DNA of 63,227 nucleotides, filler included, from Diploschistes diacapsis (Eukaryota): NCBI GenBank assembly GCA_023645945.1. It is 18 parts of 18 records of this genome, joined end to end, with 100 filler letters (N's around TTAATTAATTAA, not from the genome) between each part and the next. Parts side by side here need not be neighbours in the genome. Positions count along the whole stretch, not along the records: positions 60,571 to 61,849 come from JALAIB010003419.1; positions 61,950 to 63,227 come from JALAIB010003420.1; 16 more parts are not named here. One strand, 5' to 3'. Shown piece by piece: positions 61,688 to 63,227 of this stretch (position 1 is its first letter; each line of letters starts with the position of its first letter). The notes under the pieces were generated by a model. It saw only the letters and a program-made list of their open reading frames with translations, ran no database searches and was not told where the DNA came from. The position numbers and the translations under genes were made by a program.

Positions 61688-63227
61688 ATTATGATCTCTA
61701 TCTCCACAAGGTAGACACGAAGTATTGATCAAAGGGGTTTGTACTCGTTAGAAAAGGAGTATAATAGGAGAAGAAGATAGAACAGTCATAAATCTTAGAC
61801 TATCTGTAAAAGAAGGCTTTTTAATAATAGAAGTAAACGAATATAAATTNNNNNNNNNNNNNNNNNNNNNNNNNNNNNNNNNNNNNNNNNNNNTTAATTA
61901 ATTAANNNNNNNNNNNNNNNNNNNNNNNNNNNNNNNNNNNNNNNNNNNNCACGAGATATTAATTAAAATAAATTTAATCTCTGTTAGAAGAGGAATATAA
62001 ATAAGAAAAAAAGGTAGAATAATTATAAATTTTAAATTATCTTTAGAAAAAAGGTTCTCTAATAATAGAAATAACGAATATAAATTGATCTCGAGTAATA
62101 ATTAGGGATGTTTATAAAAGTAAATATATTAGAATTTAAAGGAGCTATAATAAAAATTCTTATATAATTAACTATTTCTTAACGAAATAGATTAATAGAT
62201 AGATAAAACTACCGTTCTTTCTTTTTATTTACGATTGGGTAGACTGGTTTTTTAGACTTTTTACTCGTTATGTGACCCGTGTCACCCTGATTGGACTATA
62301 TATAAGGAATGGTTGGGAAGTGCCCGACTAGCTGTTGCGTGTTAAGTACTACCGTCTAGTACCTTGGATCGTAACAAATAAATATATAAATAACGACGCT
62401 ATAAATATCGATATCTTAATTAATAAACCCCGACCTAATTAAAAGAAAGAAACTAAAAAACTTAACGAGAAACCTTTAATTAAAAAAAAGAAATAAGATC
62501 GTTAAGATCATCTTTTTTAAATAAAGGATATACGAGATCTTATTATAATTATATAAAGTTTAATAACAGTTCTCGATTCTCGTCCGGATGATTTTGTTAT
62601 CCGACGTCGATTCTTTTCGGTTTTATAAGAATAAGTTCGAAACGAGTTGATTTAACGCGGTGTTAACGTTAATAATATTAATTCTGATGAATTGATCGAA
62701 GCGGCCGATCGAGTTAATATAACGTTTCGTGGACTAAAAAGTTTCGGTTCGTTTAACGTCGCTTAAACTCGATTAGATTCTAATTTAAAAGATTCGTCGC
62801 CTGGTTCTTTTATAGTTACTCGTGTTGTTCTTGTTACAATCCAAGGTACTAGTCGGTAGTATTTGGCACGCAACAGCTAGTCGGGCACTTCCCAATCATT
62901 TTTTATATATAGTCCAATCAGGGTGACACGGGTCACGTGATGAATAAAAAATCTGGGAGATCATTCTACTTAATCGTGAGTAGAAAGAAAGAACGGTAAT
63001 TTTATTCATTTATTTATCTATTCTGTTAAGGGAGTTATTAATTATATAAGAACGTTATTATGATCTTTATAAATTTAAAACGTGTTCATTTTTATAAATA
63101 TTTTAAGTTATTATTCGGGATTAATCTATATTCGTTATTTTTATTATTTTAAAGCCTTCTTTTTAAAAATAATCCAAAATTTATAATTATTCTATCTTTT
63201 TCTTTTATTATATTCTTTTTTTAATAG
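61688..63227. mobile_element. Three more family C LTR pieces (about 61688-61849 minus, about 61970-62376 minus, 62832-63227 plus) among gag relics
   Basis: LTR termini GATCGTAACA (ending 62376) and TGTTACAATCC (62832). Gag-like DAMDLD...CFE knuckle relic at about 61495-61630, with a second copy at about 62390-62490. Confidence 0.75.

Overview
Filamentous ascomycete (Pezizomycotina-type) nuclear DNA with spliceosomal introns and RIP-like AT-rich repeats. The window is not continuous chromosome: 17 identical 100-nt artificial linkers (N44-TTAATTAATTAA-N44) join two gene-bearing contigs of about 20.5 kb (1-20522 and 27535-48045) and sixteen size-ordered 1278-1284-bp contigs of RIP-mutated transposons. 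Contig 1 holds two secreted, Kex2/Ste13-style peptide precursors, a disrupted tandem-GFA gene, mitochondrial uL2 (RML2), a Zn2Cys6 transcription factor and a pyridoxal reductase-like aldo-keto reductase. Contig 2 holds an SDR, a disrupted MUP1-like permease, a secreted Cys-rich protein, SIS1 with a perfect heat-shock element, KIN17/RTS2, CBF5, a derlin, an orphan membrane protein, a PTH11-like pseudogene and a truncated BMT5. The most notable items are the 257-aa precursor of amphipathic W-x-x-QH repeat peptides, the 122-aa precursor of a C3H peptide, a three-copy tRNA-derived SINE-like family, a complete 605-bp TRIM with a 5-bp TSD, and a TIR-bounded ACACGG-repeat element. All calls come from reading the sequence by eye; no searches were run, and intron boundaries are approximate.
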